NCBI GenBank assembly: GCA_002307715.1
Contig: DBUA01000035.1
Coordinates: forward strand, 1 to 52,449
Source of the DNA: Candidatus Moranbacteria bacterium UBA1302
GTDB taxonomy: Bacteria; Patescibacteriota; Minisyncoccia; Moranbacterales; UBA1568
DNA: 52,449 nucleotides
Direction of reading: 5' to 3'
A model generated the notes under the pieces. The model searched no databases. It saw only the letters and a list, made by a program, of their open reading frames with translations, and was not told where the DNA came from. The translations under genes were made by a program, and so were the position numbers. This document shows, piece by piece, positions 8,790-18,047 of the stretch (position 1 is the stretch's first letter; each line of letters begins with the position of its first letter).

Positions 8790-9236
8790 TTAAGCCTCTG
8801 ATTTTTCGACGTTTTCTACTACTGTTTCTTCGGTGGCCTGTTCTTCCGTTGTTGTTGGAGCTGATATGAGACCAGCTTTGATGGCGACTTCCTTGAGCTT
8901 TTTACGCAGAACCTTGACGGATTTGGTGCGTACAAAATAAAGTTTGGAACGACGAGCGCGGGTCCGCTTTACGAATTCGATATGATCGATTTGTGGGGAA
9001 GCGAGTGGCATGACGAGTTCTACGCCGACACCGAAAGAAATTTTTCGGACTGTTACTGTTCGAGAAGCGCTTTGGCCGCCTTTAATGGCGATAATGGTGC
9101 CTTGAAAGGCTTGGATGCGCTCTTTTCCACCTTCTTTAATCTTGCGATAAATCTTGATGACATCACCGACCTGAAATTCAGGAGATTGAGCGATTTCGCG
9201 CTGTTTTTGATTGAATGCGATGAGTTTCTGGTGCAT
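8790..9236 (-). CDS. rplS: 50S ribosomal protein L19
   Basis: PEFQVGD, IKEGGKERIQAFQG, TVRKISFGVGVE, RRSKLYFVR; start reassigned to ATG at 9236. Confidence 0.96.
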   Translation of the reverse strand: MHQKLIAFNQKQREIAQSPEFQVGDVIKIYRKIKEGGKERIQAFQGTIIAIKGGQSASRTVTVRKISFGVGVELVMPLASPQIDHIEFVKRTRARRSKLYFVRTKSVKVLRKKLKEVAIKAGLISAPTTTEEQATEETVVENVEKSEA

Positions 9237-9320
9237 ATGCTTACAACGTTTGCTCCGCCGAATCGTAATCAGGAGGGCACTCGCCAAAATAAGGATAATC
9301 GAAAAGGTAAAAGAAAAAAC

Positions 9321-10346
9321 CTATTCCTTGCTCATGTCTTGGAGCAGGCTTTCTAAGGCTTCACCATCATAACCTGTAATCTTCGTCTCGTCAATACTTT
9401 CGAGCACAGAGCGAAAATCAGCCGGAAGCGGTGAAATGAATGAATATTTTTTTCCAAGAAGTTCGAATTCTAGGCTAAAAGCATGCAGAAGATGTCTCGA
9501 GGATGTTATTGCATGCTGTTTTAGAAGTTTTGACCCTGCATAAAGGGCATCTCCAATGATAGGATGGTCGATATGAGCGAGATGCACTCGTAGTTGATGG
9601 GTTCGCCCTGTTTTTGGTGATAATTCAAGAAGATCAGCATCTTCATATCGTCTGAGCAGGCGATAAAATGTCAATGCGGATCGTCGGATACCGATGCTGG
9701 ATCTTTCTGAGGCTGTTCGTTTGAGAGTCTTGAAAGATCTGGCAAGAGGCAGATCAATAGACCCTTCGGAAGATATGAGATTGCCATAAACAAGTGCCAA
9801 GTAACGTTTTATGATGGAGCGTTCATGGAAAAGTTTTTTTAGAGCATCGTAGCTTTCAATCGTTTTGGCTATAACCATAAGCCCTGAAGTATCTTTGTCG
9901 AGTCGATGAACAATCCCGGGGCGAAGTGGATTTTCGCCCACAGAAAGGATTTTTGGAAAATGAGCGGCGATCCAATGCGCTACGGTCGGAATTGTCAAAG
10001 AAGAAGCAGGATGTACTGCTATGCCGGCTGGTTTATCGATAATGATAAAATGACGGTTTTCAAAGATGATAGGTATTGAAAGATTATCATCAGTTGAAAG
10101 CGAGGGTGTGACACTTTTGAAAGTATGATGAGAAAATGAGACATGGTCACCCGCGGACACTTTCGTACTTGCCTTCGGCATGTGCCCGTTTAGGAGCACT
10201 TGTTTTGTGCGAATGGCTTCTGATAGGGAATTTCGGGAAATATTCTCGTAAGATGGATCTTTGGACAATAGGGAATGCAAAGCGGCATCAAGACGCAAAT
10301 CTTGGTGTTTTCTGGAAAAATGAGCAGTGAAGTATTCTTCAGCCAT
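9321..10346 (-). CDS. RluA/RluD-family pseudouridine synthase
   Basis: N-terminal S4-like domain, DKPAG, GIVHRLDKDTSG, TGRTHQLRVH. Confidence 0.94.
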   Translation of the reverse strand: MAEEYFTAHFSRKHQDLRLDAALHSLLSKDPSYENISRNSLSEAIRTKQVLLNGHMPKASTKVSAGDHVSFSHHTFKSVTPSLSTDDNLSIPIIFENRHFIIIDKPAGIAVHPASSLTIPTVAHWIAAHFPKILSVGENPLRPGIVHRLDKDTSGLMVIAKTIESYDALKKLFHERSIIKRYLALVYGNLISSEGSIDLPLARSFKTLKRTASERSSIGIRRSALTFYRLLRRYEDADLLELSPKTGRTHQLRVHLAHIDHPIIGDALYAGSKLLKQHAITSSRHLLHAFSLEFELLGKKYSFISPLPADFRSVLESIDETKITGYDGEALESLLQDMSKE

Positions 10347-10435
10347 ATTATAAGTATAACAGCCTATCCGTTTACGTATACCATCCCAAAGAGTTTTCGT
10401 CTATAATGTGAGAGTATTCACATAAAATCATATGT

Positions 10436-11449
10436 ATGCGCATCGCATTTTTTGAAGTATCAAAAGGAGATGAGGGTTATCTCAAGAATTGTCTGAAGGA
10501 GCACGAATGTCTCTTTTTTGAGGAGTCGCTTAACGCATCAAATGCGGCTTTGGCGGATGGATGCGATGCTGTATCAGTGTTTATTTATTCGCAAGTCACT
10601 GCTGAAGCGCTTGGACGTATGCCATCGGTGAAATGCATTGCGACACGTTCTACCGGATTTGATCATATTGATACGGAATATTGCCAACAACATGCTATTT
10701 CCGTCGTGAATGTCCCGTATTATGGCGAGAATACAGTGGCTGAACATACGTTTGCTCTGATTCTTTCGTTATCTCGCAATGTGCATAAATCGTATGCTCG
10801 AGGCTTGAAAGGGGATTATTCTATTGATGGGTTGAAAGGTTTCGATCTTAAGGATAAAACGCTGGGCGTTATCGGCACAGGACATATCGGATTGCATGTT
10901 ATTCGTATTGCTAAGGGTTTCGGTATGCATGTGCTGGCGTTTGATGTCAAAAAAGACACTTTCATTTCTGAAGTGCTTCATTTTAAATATGCATCGCTTG
11001 ATGAAGTATTGGCGAATGCCGATATCGTGACGGTACACGTCCCGTACAATGAACATACGCATCATCTTATTGACCGGAATCATATTCGAATGATGAAGAA
11101 AGGAGCCTTGCTCATCAATACGGCACGTGGTGGTATCGTTGAGACAGAAGCGTTGGAAGAGGCGCTTGAAGAAGGGTTTCTTTCCGGAGCAGGTCTGGAT
11201 GTTGTCGAAGGTGAGAATTCTATTAAGGAAGAGAGTCAGCATGTGAATACGAAAAAATGCTGCGATCAAGTAGAAGCTGGACATGTTGAGCGGAATACAC
11301 CGCTTCTGTCGCGTGACAATGTTGTTTTCACTCCACATATCGGTTTTTATAGCGAGGAAGCCATTAAGAGGATCATTGATACGACAGTGGCGAATCTCAT
11401 CGCTTTTTCCTCGGGGAAAATCGAGAATAGGGTCGCTGAACGAGTGTAA
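10436..11449 (+). CDS. D-isomer-specific 2-hydroxyacid dehydrogenase (D-lactate dehydrogenase-like)
   Basis: TRSTGFDHID, VAEH, GVIGTGHIG, NTARG, GLDV.E, TPHIGF. Confidence 0.92.
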   Translation: MRIAFFEVSKGDEGYLKNCLKEHECLFFEESLNASNAALADGCDAVSVFIYSQVTAEALGRMPSVKCIATRSTGFDHIDTEYCQQHAISVVNVPYYGENTVAEHTFALILSLSRNVHKSYARGLKGDYSIDGLKGFDLKDKTLGVIGTGHIGLHVIRIAKGFGMHVLAFDVKKDTFISEVLHFKYASLDEVLANADIVTVHVPYNEHTHHLIDRNHIRMMKKGALLINTARGGIVETEALEEALEEGFLSGAGLDVVEGENSIKEESQHVNTKKCCDQVEAGHVERNTPLLSRDNVVFTPHIGFYSEEAIKRIIDTTVANLIAFSSGKIENRVAERV

Positions 11450-11474
11450 CTGGAGTCGAGAAATCCGTATCGGA

Positions 11475-11499
11475 AAGCCTGCATAACGCAGGCTTTTTT
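11475..11499 (+). terminator. intrinsic terminator
   Basis: AAGCCTGC-ATAAC-GCAGGCTTTTTT. Confidence 0.75.
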
Positions 11500-11543
11500 G
11501 ACACAAGTTTGAAATAGAAGTTGTGTTATTTCTTATCAAATAT

Positions 11544-11559
11544 GCACAATATGTTGTTG
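11544..11559. promoter_or_regulatory. candidate NrdR box
   Basis: GCACAATATGTTGTTG vs consensus acaCwAtATaTwGtgt (12/16), upstream of ahpC-sod-nrdAB. Confidence 0.5.
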
Positions 11560-11615
11560 AAAAGTTGTTTTTAGTGAAAAAATACGAGCAATTTTTTGGC
11601 TTGGATAGCGGACAG

Positions 11616-11644
11616 TTGACAGTCTTTTTTTGAGCTCTTATGAT
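11616..11644 (+). promoter_or_regulatory. sigma70-type promoter of ahpC
   Basis: TTGACA-17nt-TATGAT. Confidence 0.65.
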
Positions 11645-11689
11645 GAGGGAGCGGTTCGCCGTTTTTAACCCCTATAAGAGAACAAAAAT

Positions 11690-12313
11690 ATGTGTAGTGG
11701 ACACTGTTCGTGCGAAAGCGAAGGATCTTCATTTGATACATATCCGTTGATTGGTGAGATGGTTCCTGATTTTGAGCTTGATATCTATCAAAATGAATCA
11801 TTCGTTACGAAAAATCTTTCGGATTTTAAAGGAAAGTGGTCTATTTTCTTCTTTTACCCGGCTGATTTCACTTTTGTTTGTCCGACAGAACTTGAAGATA
11901 TGGCCGATCAGTATGCAAAGTTCCAGGAACTGGGCGCTGAAGTTTTCTCAGTGAGTACTGATACGCGGTTCGTGCATAAGGCGTGGCACGATCATTCGGA
12001 GGCTATCAAGAAAATCGCTTATCCGATGGTGGCTGATCCAGCGGGAGAATTAGCCCGTTATTTCGGAGTCTATATTCCAGAGGGTGGCGATAAAGGGTTG
12101 GCGCTTCGTGGTACGTTCCTTGTTGACCCGGATGGTGTGTTACAGGCATGCGAGGTTCATGCAAACAATATCGGCCGCAATGCGACAGAGCTTGTTCGTA
12201 AATTGGAAGCGGCTATATTTGTTCGTGAACATGGAGGAGAAGTATGTCCAGCGAAATGGCATCCTGGAGCAAAAACACTTAAGCCAGGCATTGATTTGGT
12301 TGGAAAAATCTGA
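11690..12313 (+). CDS. ahpC: 2-Cys peroxiredoxin (alkyl hydroperoxide reductase C)
   Basis: [14 protein letters not shown] and EVCPAKW motifs; short Cys/His-rich N-terminal extension. Confidence 0.95.
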   Translation: MCSGHCSCESEGSSFDTYPLIGEMVPDFELDIYQNESFVTKNLSDFKGKWSIFFFYPADFTFVCPTELEDMADQYAKFQELGAEVFSVSTDTRFVHKAWHDHSEAIKKIAYPMVADPAGELARYFGVYIPEGGDKGLALRGTFLVDPDGVLQACEVHANNIGRNATELVRKLEAAIFVREHGGEVCPAKWHPGAKTLKPGIDLVGKI

Positions 12314-12326
12314 GATTACGCATTAT

Positions 12327-12902
12327 ATGATAGAAGAATACGTAAAACAGGATTATTCGCATCTTCTCGGACTTTCGGGGTTTTCGGATGTTCTTTTAAC
12401 GGACCACTTCTCCTTGTATGACGGATATGTGAAGAATACAAACGCTCTTTCTGAACTTTTAAGATCAGAAGAGCCGGGAACGCCGAAATATTCTGAAATT
12501 GAGCGTCGTTTCGGTTGGGAATGGAATGGCATGAGACTTCACGAATTGTATTTTGGTAACCTCTCAAAAGAACATAAGGAACTTGGGGCGGGGCCATTAC
12601 GGGAGGCAATAGAACAGTCATTCGGTAGTTTTGATGCATGGAAACTCGCGTTTTCGTCCATCGGGTTGATGCGTGGAATCGGTTGGGTAGTGTTATATCA
12701 GGATGTCTCAAGCCATCGATTGATTATCTCATGGATCAATGAGCATGATGGCGGCCATTTGGCTGGCGCGGTACCGCTGCTTGTTATGGATGTTTTCGAA
12801 CATGCGTATTTGCGCGATTATGGCTTCAAGCGCGTTGATTATATAGGATCATTCTTTGAGAATATCTATTGGAAAGCAGTGGAAGCCCGTTTTATAGCAT
12901 AG
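12327..12902 (+). CDS. Fe/Mn superoxide dismutase family protein
   Basis: metal ligands in DHFSLY, RLHELYF, DVFEHAY; start reassigned to ATG 12327. Confidence 0.9.
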   Translation: MIEEYVKQDYSHLLGLSGFSDVLLTDHFSLYDGYVKNTNALSELLRSEEPGTPKYSEIERRFGWEWNGMRLHELYFGNLSKEHKELGAGPLREAIEQSFGSFDAWKLAFSSIGLMRGIGWVVLYQDVSSHRLIISWINEHDGGHLAGAVPLLVMDVFEHAYLRDYGFKRVDYIGSFFENIYWKAVEARFIA

Positions 12903-13018
12903 TTTTGATAGACTGGCCTCTGCATGAATTGATGGTCAGAAAATAAAAAAAGAAAAACTCACAAGGAGGGGTGGGTGTGTTCTTGTCTCGCTCTAACATA
13001 TTATTCGAAGGTATTGTT

Positions 13019-15634
13019 ATGACATTTACTCACGTAAAACGGAGAGATGGAGAGATAGTCGAGTTTGATCGGTCTCGTATTGAACAGGCTATTTCGGCGG
13101 CATGTGATGCAGTGGCTGAAACGGAAAAAACATTCATCAGCCAGATGACTGATAGCATTGTCCACGATTTGAACCATGCGTATGAGAATAAAGAAGGTGA
13201 ACACATCCCATCAGTTGAAATTATCCAGGATTGTGTAGAGAAACATCTCGTAAAATCGAATAAGTACGAGGTGGCGAAGGCATATATCCTGTATCGTGAG
13301 AAGCGTGCCGAAGAACGCAAAGAACGCAAAGAAAAACTGGTTGAACAGTTTGAAAATCAGGCGCTTAACGTTATCAAAGCTAATGGGTCGAAGGAGCTGT
13401 TTGATGTCAAGAAAATCAAGGCTGTGTTTGAACGTGCTGTTGTTGGATATGAGGATACCTGTTCGTTTGATGAATTGATTGAAGCATTCAAAAAGAATAT
13501 CGTTGATGAGATAAAGACCGCTGATATCAATCGTCTTCTTGTAAAGACATGCATCGATCTCGTAACGGTCGAAAATATCCTATGGCAGAATATCGGTGCT
13601 CGTATTTTTCTTGGTAATATCTATAAGCATGCTTGCCGTAACCGTTCCATGGCGTATGCTGATATTTACACTCCAGAAGCATACCTTGCGTTCTTCAAAC
13701 AGTATATCGAGGAAGGATTATATTATAAAGATTTTTTCAAGTATTACAGCGAAGCTGATATTCTTGAAGCCGGAAAGCATCTTTCGTCTGAGACGGATTT
13801 CAATTATGAGTATACGACCGTAGTATCTTTTACGAAACGATATCTTCTGAATCCGAATAAGGTGATACGTGAATTGCCTCAGGAAATGTATATGTCGGTC
13901 GCGCTTTTTCTCGCTATTCCAGAGAAGGAGGGGGAGAGGCTTAAGCTAGCTTTGGAGATCTACGAACATTGTTCGAAGCAGCGTATTTCATTGCCGACGC
14001 CGACATTGCTCAATGCTCGGACGAATTATAATCAGCTGTCGAGCTGTTTCAAGATCAATGTTGACGATGATTTGCGCGCTATTTATCATGCTATCGAAAA
14101 TATGGCGCAGATTTCGAAATTCGGCGGCGGCGTTGGTGTCTATCTCGGTAATATACGTGCGCTTGGTAGTTCTATCCGCGGGGTGTTCGGTATGTCTGGA
14201 GGGGTTAATCCATGGATCAAAGTCATCAACGATACAGCCGTAGCAGTGAATCAGCTTGGTTCGCGTTTGGGTGCTATTTCGGTGACATTGGATGCCTGGC
14301 ATCACGATATTTATGATTTTCTCGATCTTCAGACTGAAACCGGCGATATCCGATCCAAGGCATTTGATATTTTTCCGGCTATTTCTGTCCCTGATCTTTT
14401 CATGAAGCGTCTTGAACAGGACGGGACGGTAACGCTGTTCGATCCGCATGAAATTCATGATTTGTATGGTAAGCGCCTTCAGGATTGCTTCGGCGATGAA
14501 TTCGAGGCCTTTTATATAGAGCTTGAGCAAGATGAGCGTATCCGTCTCAAGAAAACGATTCGTGTCAAAGAATTCTTCAAGAAATTCTTAAAGACGGTAG
14601 TGGAAACTGGTATGCCGTATGTCTTTTTTCGTGACACGGTGAATCGGTTGAATCCGAATCGTCATGCTGGGAATATTTATTCGACCCAGTTGTGTACTGA
14701 AATCTGTCAGAATACTTCCTCGTCAAAGTTTTTGGAGGAGTCTATCGAAGATGGCAAAGTAACAATCAAGTATGAGCCTGGCGATCTTGTCGTTTGCAAC
14801 CTGGCATCGATCAATGTCGCTACTGTCCATGATCGTGAAATGATGGAACGCGTTTTTCCGGTCGTAATGCGCCTTCTTGATAATATCATAACGCTCAATT
14901 ACTATCCGATCAAGGAAGCTGAACGGACGGCTATGCGTTATCGTAGCGTCGGTCTGGGATATCTCGGATTGGCTGAGTATTTGGCAGTCAATCACCTTGC
15001 CTATGATAGCGAAGAGGCTCGGAAAAAAGTCGATGAATTGTTCGCGTTGTATGCATATTATACCTATCGTTCATCGGTAGATATCGCACGCGAACGAGGC
15101 GCATATGAATTGTATAAGGGAAGCGATTATGATAAAGGTTTCATATTAGGCCGTCAAGCGGAATGGTTTAGCCAGTATACGGACGATGGCGATCTTTGGA
15201 AATCGTTGTTTGAAGACATGGCTCAATATGGAGTCAGATTCGCTTACCATACGGCTCCGGCACCGAATACATCAACAGCCGGAGTTGTCGGAACGACTGC
15301 GGCACTTCTTCCGATCTACAAGAAATTTTTTGTGGAAACGAACCTATCGGCTCCGACTATCCGGGTAGCCCCGAAACTTTCGAAAGACAACTTCTGGTAT
15401 TACAAGGAGTATGTCAATATGGATATGAACGACGTGATCGATATGATGGCTGTCATTTACAAGTGGATTGATCAGTCGGTTTCTTTCGAATGGATGATTG
15501 ATCCGGCACGCGTCAGTCCTGTGCAGCTCTATGAGTATTATTTGAAATCTTGGAAACAGGGCATCAAGACAGTTTATTATGTCAGAAGTCTTTCAGGAGA
15601 AGTGAAGGATGGTTGCGTGAGTTGTAGCGGTTAG
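13019..15634 (+). CDS. nrdA: class I ribonucleoside-diphosphate reductase alpha subunit with two N-terminal ATP-cone-like domains
   Basis: VKRRDG and VIKANG cones, PTPTLLN, LSSC, LCTEI, CNLASIN, APNTS, YYVR, C-terminal CVSCSG. Confidence 0.96.
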   Translation: MTFTHVKRRDGEIVEFDRSRIEQAISAACDAVAETEKTFISQMTDSIVHDLNHAYENKEGEHIPSVEIIQDCVEKHLVKSNKYEVAKAYILYREKRAEERKERKEKLVEQFENQALNVIKANGSKELFDVKKIKAVFERAVVGYEDTCSFDELIEAFKKNIVDEIKTADINRLLVKTCIDLVTVENILWQNIGARIFLGNIYKHACRNRSMAYADIYTPEAYLAFFKQYIEEGLYYKDFFKYYSEADILEAGKHLSSETDFNYEYTTVVSFTKRYLLNPNKVIRELPQEMYMSVALFLAIPEKEGERLKLALEIYEHCSKQRISLPTPTLLNARTNYNQLSSCFKINVDDDLRAIYHAIENMAQISKFGGGVGVYLGNIRALGSSIRGVFGMSGGVNPWIKVINDTAVAVNQLGSRLGAISVTLDAWHHDIYDFLDLQTETGDIRSKAFDIFPAISVPDLFMKRLEQDGTVTLFDPHEIHDLYGKRLQDCFGDEFEAFYIELEQDERIRLKKTIRVKEFFKKFLKTVVETGMPYVFFRDTVNRLNPNRHAGNIYSTQLCTEICQNTSSSKFLEESIEDGKVTIKYEPGDLVVCNLASINVATVHDREMMERVFPVVMRLLDNIITLNYYPIKEAERTAMRYRSVGLGYLGLAEYLAVNHLAYDSEEARKKVDELFALYAYYTYRSSVDIARERGAYELYKGSDYDKGFILGRQAEWFSQYTDDGDLWKSLFEDMAQYGVRFAYHTAPAPNTSTAGVVGTTAALLPIYKKFFVETNLSAPTIRVAPKLSKDNFWYYKEYVNMDMNDVIDMMAVIYKWIDQSVSFEWMIDPARVSPVQLYEYYLKSWKQGIKTVYYVRSLSGEVKDGCVSCSG

Positions 15635-15661
15635 GCTTGCAAGAGAAGGAGCGATTCGGAC

Positions 15662-16711
15662 ATGTCTAATGAGAAATTTATGGAACAGAATGCTATTTTT
15701 AATCCGCTCGGTAATGACGATGTCGAGGTGCGTACCATTATCAAGGGCGGGACAACGGGACTTTTCAACTTGAATGCTACGAAGTATCCTTGGGCGAAGT
15801 CGCTCTATCAGGTGATGATTGGAAATTTCTGGGTTCCGGAAAAAGTATCCGGGCTTAAGGATGATGCGCGCACATTCCATTCGGATCTGACAGCTGAAGA
15901 GCAGACGGCGTATAAAGGCATACTGTCATTTCTGATATTTCTTGATTCCATCCAGACGGTCAATTTGCCGCATTTCGCTGATTATGTCACTTCTCCGGAA
16001 GTCAATCTCATCTTGTCTATACAGGCGTATCAGGAAGCGATCCATTCGCAATCGTATGCGACGATACTTGAGTCTGTTGTGGATAGCGAAGAACGCAATG
16101 AGATCTACTATTTCTGGCGTAATGACAAGACGCTCCTTGAGCGCAACAAGTATATCGGGCAGATTTACCAGAACTTCATTGATGATCCATCGGATGAGAA
16201 CTTTTTCCGCGGAGTCGTAGCGAACTTTCTTCTCGAATCGATTTATTTTTATAACGGTTTCGCATTCTTCGATACGTTGGTTGACCATATGAAGATGTTG
16301 GCGACCGGACGGATGATCTCGTATATTCGTCGTGATGAATTGACGCATATCACTATTTTTTCGAACCTTATTCGTGAAATCAGGCGTGAGTTCCCGGATA
16401 TATATGATGAACAGGTGGTGAAAGATATGATGGATGTGGCAGTTCAGCAAGAAATCGAGTGGTCTAAGCACATCTTAGGCGATCGTATTCCTGGCATTAA
16501 TGGTAGGACAACGGAAGAGTACACTCATTGGTTGGCGAATCAACGTCTTGGTATGCTCAATATCGCACCATTGTATCCGGAGGCCGTAGAGAATCCGTAT
16601 AAGCATCTGGAACGTATTCAAGATACGAATAGTGATAAAAGTAATTTCTTCGAATCGACCGTAGTGAATTATACTCAATCCTCGAATCTTAATGGTAGTT
16701 GGGATTTCTGA
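15662..16711 (+). CDS. nrdB: class I ribonucleotide reductase beta subunit
   Basis: FWVPE, LDSIQ, QEAIHSQSY (radical Tyr), ESIYFYNGF, RDELTH, NFFE. Confidence 0.95.
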   Translation: MSNEKFMEQNAIFNPLGNDDVEVRTIIKGGTTGLFNLNATKYPWAKSLYQVMIGNFWVPEKVSGLKDDARTFHSDLTAEEQTAYKGILSFLIFLDSIQTVNLPHFADYVTSPEVNLILSIQAYQEAIHSQSYATILESVVDSEERNEIYYFWRNDKTLLERNKYIGQIYQNFIDDPSDENFFRGVVANFLLESIYFYNGFAFFDTLVDHMKMLATGRMISYIRRDELTHITIFSNLIREIRREFPDIYDEQVVKDMMDVAVQQEIEWSKHILGDRIPGINGRTTEEYTHWLANQRLGMLNIAPLYPEAVENPYKHLERIQDTNSDKSNFFESTVVNYTQSSNLNGSWDF

Positions 16712-16726
16712 AAGAAGATTGAAGAG

Positions 16727-16758
16727 AAGAGCTCCGATCCGCTGACGGAGCTTTTTTC
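16727..16758 (+). terminator. intrinsic terminator after nrdB
   Basis: AAGAGCTCCG...CGGAGCTTTTTT. Confidence 0.7.
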
Positions 16759-16807
16759 GTATGCGTAATGGTATGGTATAATGTATAAAAAGCTTTCTTG
16801 TTATCAT

Positions 16808-18019
16808 ATGTGCAAAAATAAAGTAGCTCTTATCGTTCGAGCATCTCTTTTCGTTATTATATTTTGCATGGCAGCGCCATCGGCATCGGCAGTTGATCCT
16901 GGGGGAACGTGTAGCGTGAATGTTTCAACCAAGTCGTATACTGGGACATGCCGTTCTACGGCGAGCGGCTGCGAAAGCGGAGAATACAATCCGGGTATCG
17001 GGGATTGTACTGTTACAGGGGGCGTGGCTTATGTATGTTGCATCCCGAAGACGCAGACGGAAAGTACGAGTTGTACAGCGCTCAATGGAACATGCACTAC
17101 GGCGTCCTGTGCGAATGTCGTAGAAAATGCGACATCTGGATGTGTTTTTGGCGGTACAACCAATGAAGTCTGTTGCGCGAATGATTCCTCGACTGCATCA
17201 ACCAGCTCAGCCAGCAGTTCATCAGGCTATACATTGCTTGAGAAGGTTCCTGGAACGAGCGGTCTCGGAAGTGATCTTCCGGGGTATTTGGTCGCTCTTT
17301 ATAAGGTTGCGCTTGTTTTGGTGGTGCTTTCGGCAGTGCTGATGGTTTCCATCGGTGGTTTCATGTATTTGACGAGCGCAGGCAATACGTCATCTATCGG
17401 AACGGCAAAAGCTGTGATTACGGATGCTTTGGTCGGCCTCGTTATCGCGCTTGTCGCCTGGCTTATTCTGAATGTCATCAATCCTGATCTTACAACCGTG
17501 ACAATCGATACGCTTTCGGTGGACGTGTCGACATCGACAAGCTCTGCTGCTTCTTCGAGCACGGCCGATACATCATCAGCAAGCTCAACTGCCTCTACCG
17601 GTTCCGGCAGTTGCGGTGGGTATTCGGTGAATGGTATATCAAGCAGCCAATGCACTGATGCTTCGTCGGCACTTTCGACGCTTCTTGCGTGTATGTATGC
17701 GAAATATCCGAATACGAAGATTACGAGTATTTCCGATAGCGCGGGTTTCTCTACTTGTAAGAATAGTTATTCAAGCGCTTGCGCTCATGCTAAGACGTCA
17801 TGCCATTATGGCGGAGGTGCGTCAAAGACGAGTTCGGAATGTCAGAGTTCGATGGCAGCTGATTTCTCGATTCGTAATTCAAGCGGTACGTATGATTCTT
17901 CCATAGGAACTGCCATTAAAGCAGCAGCTTCTGCTTGTGGTGGTCGAGTAAATGATGAATCAAGCGGTGGACATCCGCATATCCATGTAAGTGCGCAGAC
18001 GAGCTGCTGTTCGCTTTAA
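16808..18019 (+). CDS. CPR-type VirB2/TrbC-like pilin with Cys-rich N-terminal repeats and a C-terminal putative M15-like Zn peptidase domain
   Basis: signal peptide; pilin core ...IGGFMYLTSAGN...AKAVITDALVGLVIALVAWLILNVINPDL; C-terminal SCHYGG...AADF...HIH; start uncertain (16781 or 16808). Confidence 0.75.
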   Translation: MCKNKVALIVRASLFVIIFCMAAPSASAVDPGGTCSVNVSTKSYTGTCRSTASGCESGEYNPGIGDCTVTGGVAYVCCIPKTQTESTSCTALNGTCTTASCANVVENATSGCVFGGTTNEVCCANDSSTASTSSASSSSGYTLLEKVPGTSGLGSDLPGYLVALYKVALVLVVLSAVLMVSIGGFMYLTSAGNTSSIGTAKAVITDALVGLVIALVAWLILNVINPDLTTVTIDTLSVDVSTSTSSAASSSTADTSSASSTASTGSGSCGGYSVNGISSSQCTDASSALSTLLACMYAKYPNTKITSISDSAGFSTCKNSYSSACAHAKTSCHYGGGASKTSSECQSSMAADFSIRNSSGTYDSSIGTAIKAAASACGGRVNDESSGGHPHIHVSAQTSCCSL

Positions 18020-18047
18020 TAGATTCTTGTTTTCCAAGATTACAGCC

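Noticed and set aside
10769..11539. long antisense ORFs (also within nrdA, gyrA, pnp, pcrA)
   Set aside because: Opposite strand of well-conserved genes, with no motifs; expected from codon bias
12084..12326. N-terminal extension of SOD overlapping ahpC (possible frameshift fusion)
   Set aside because: SOD similarity begins at ATG 12327 and ahpC ends normally; no slippery site seen
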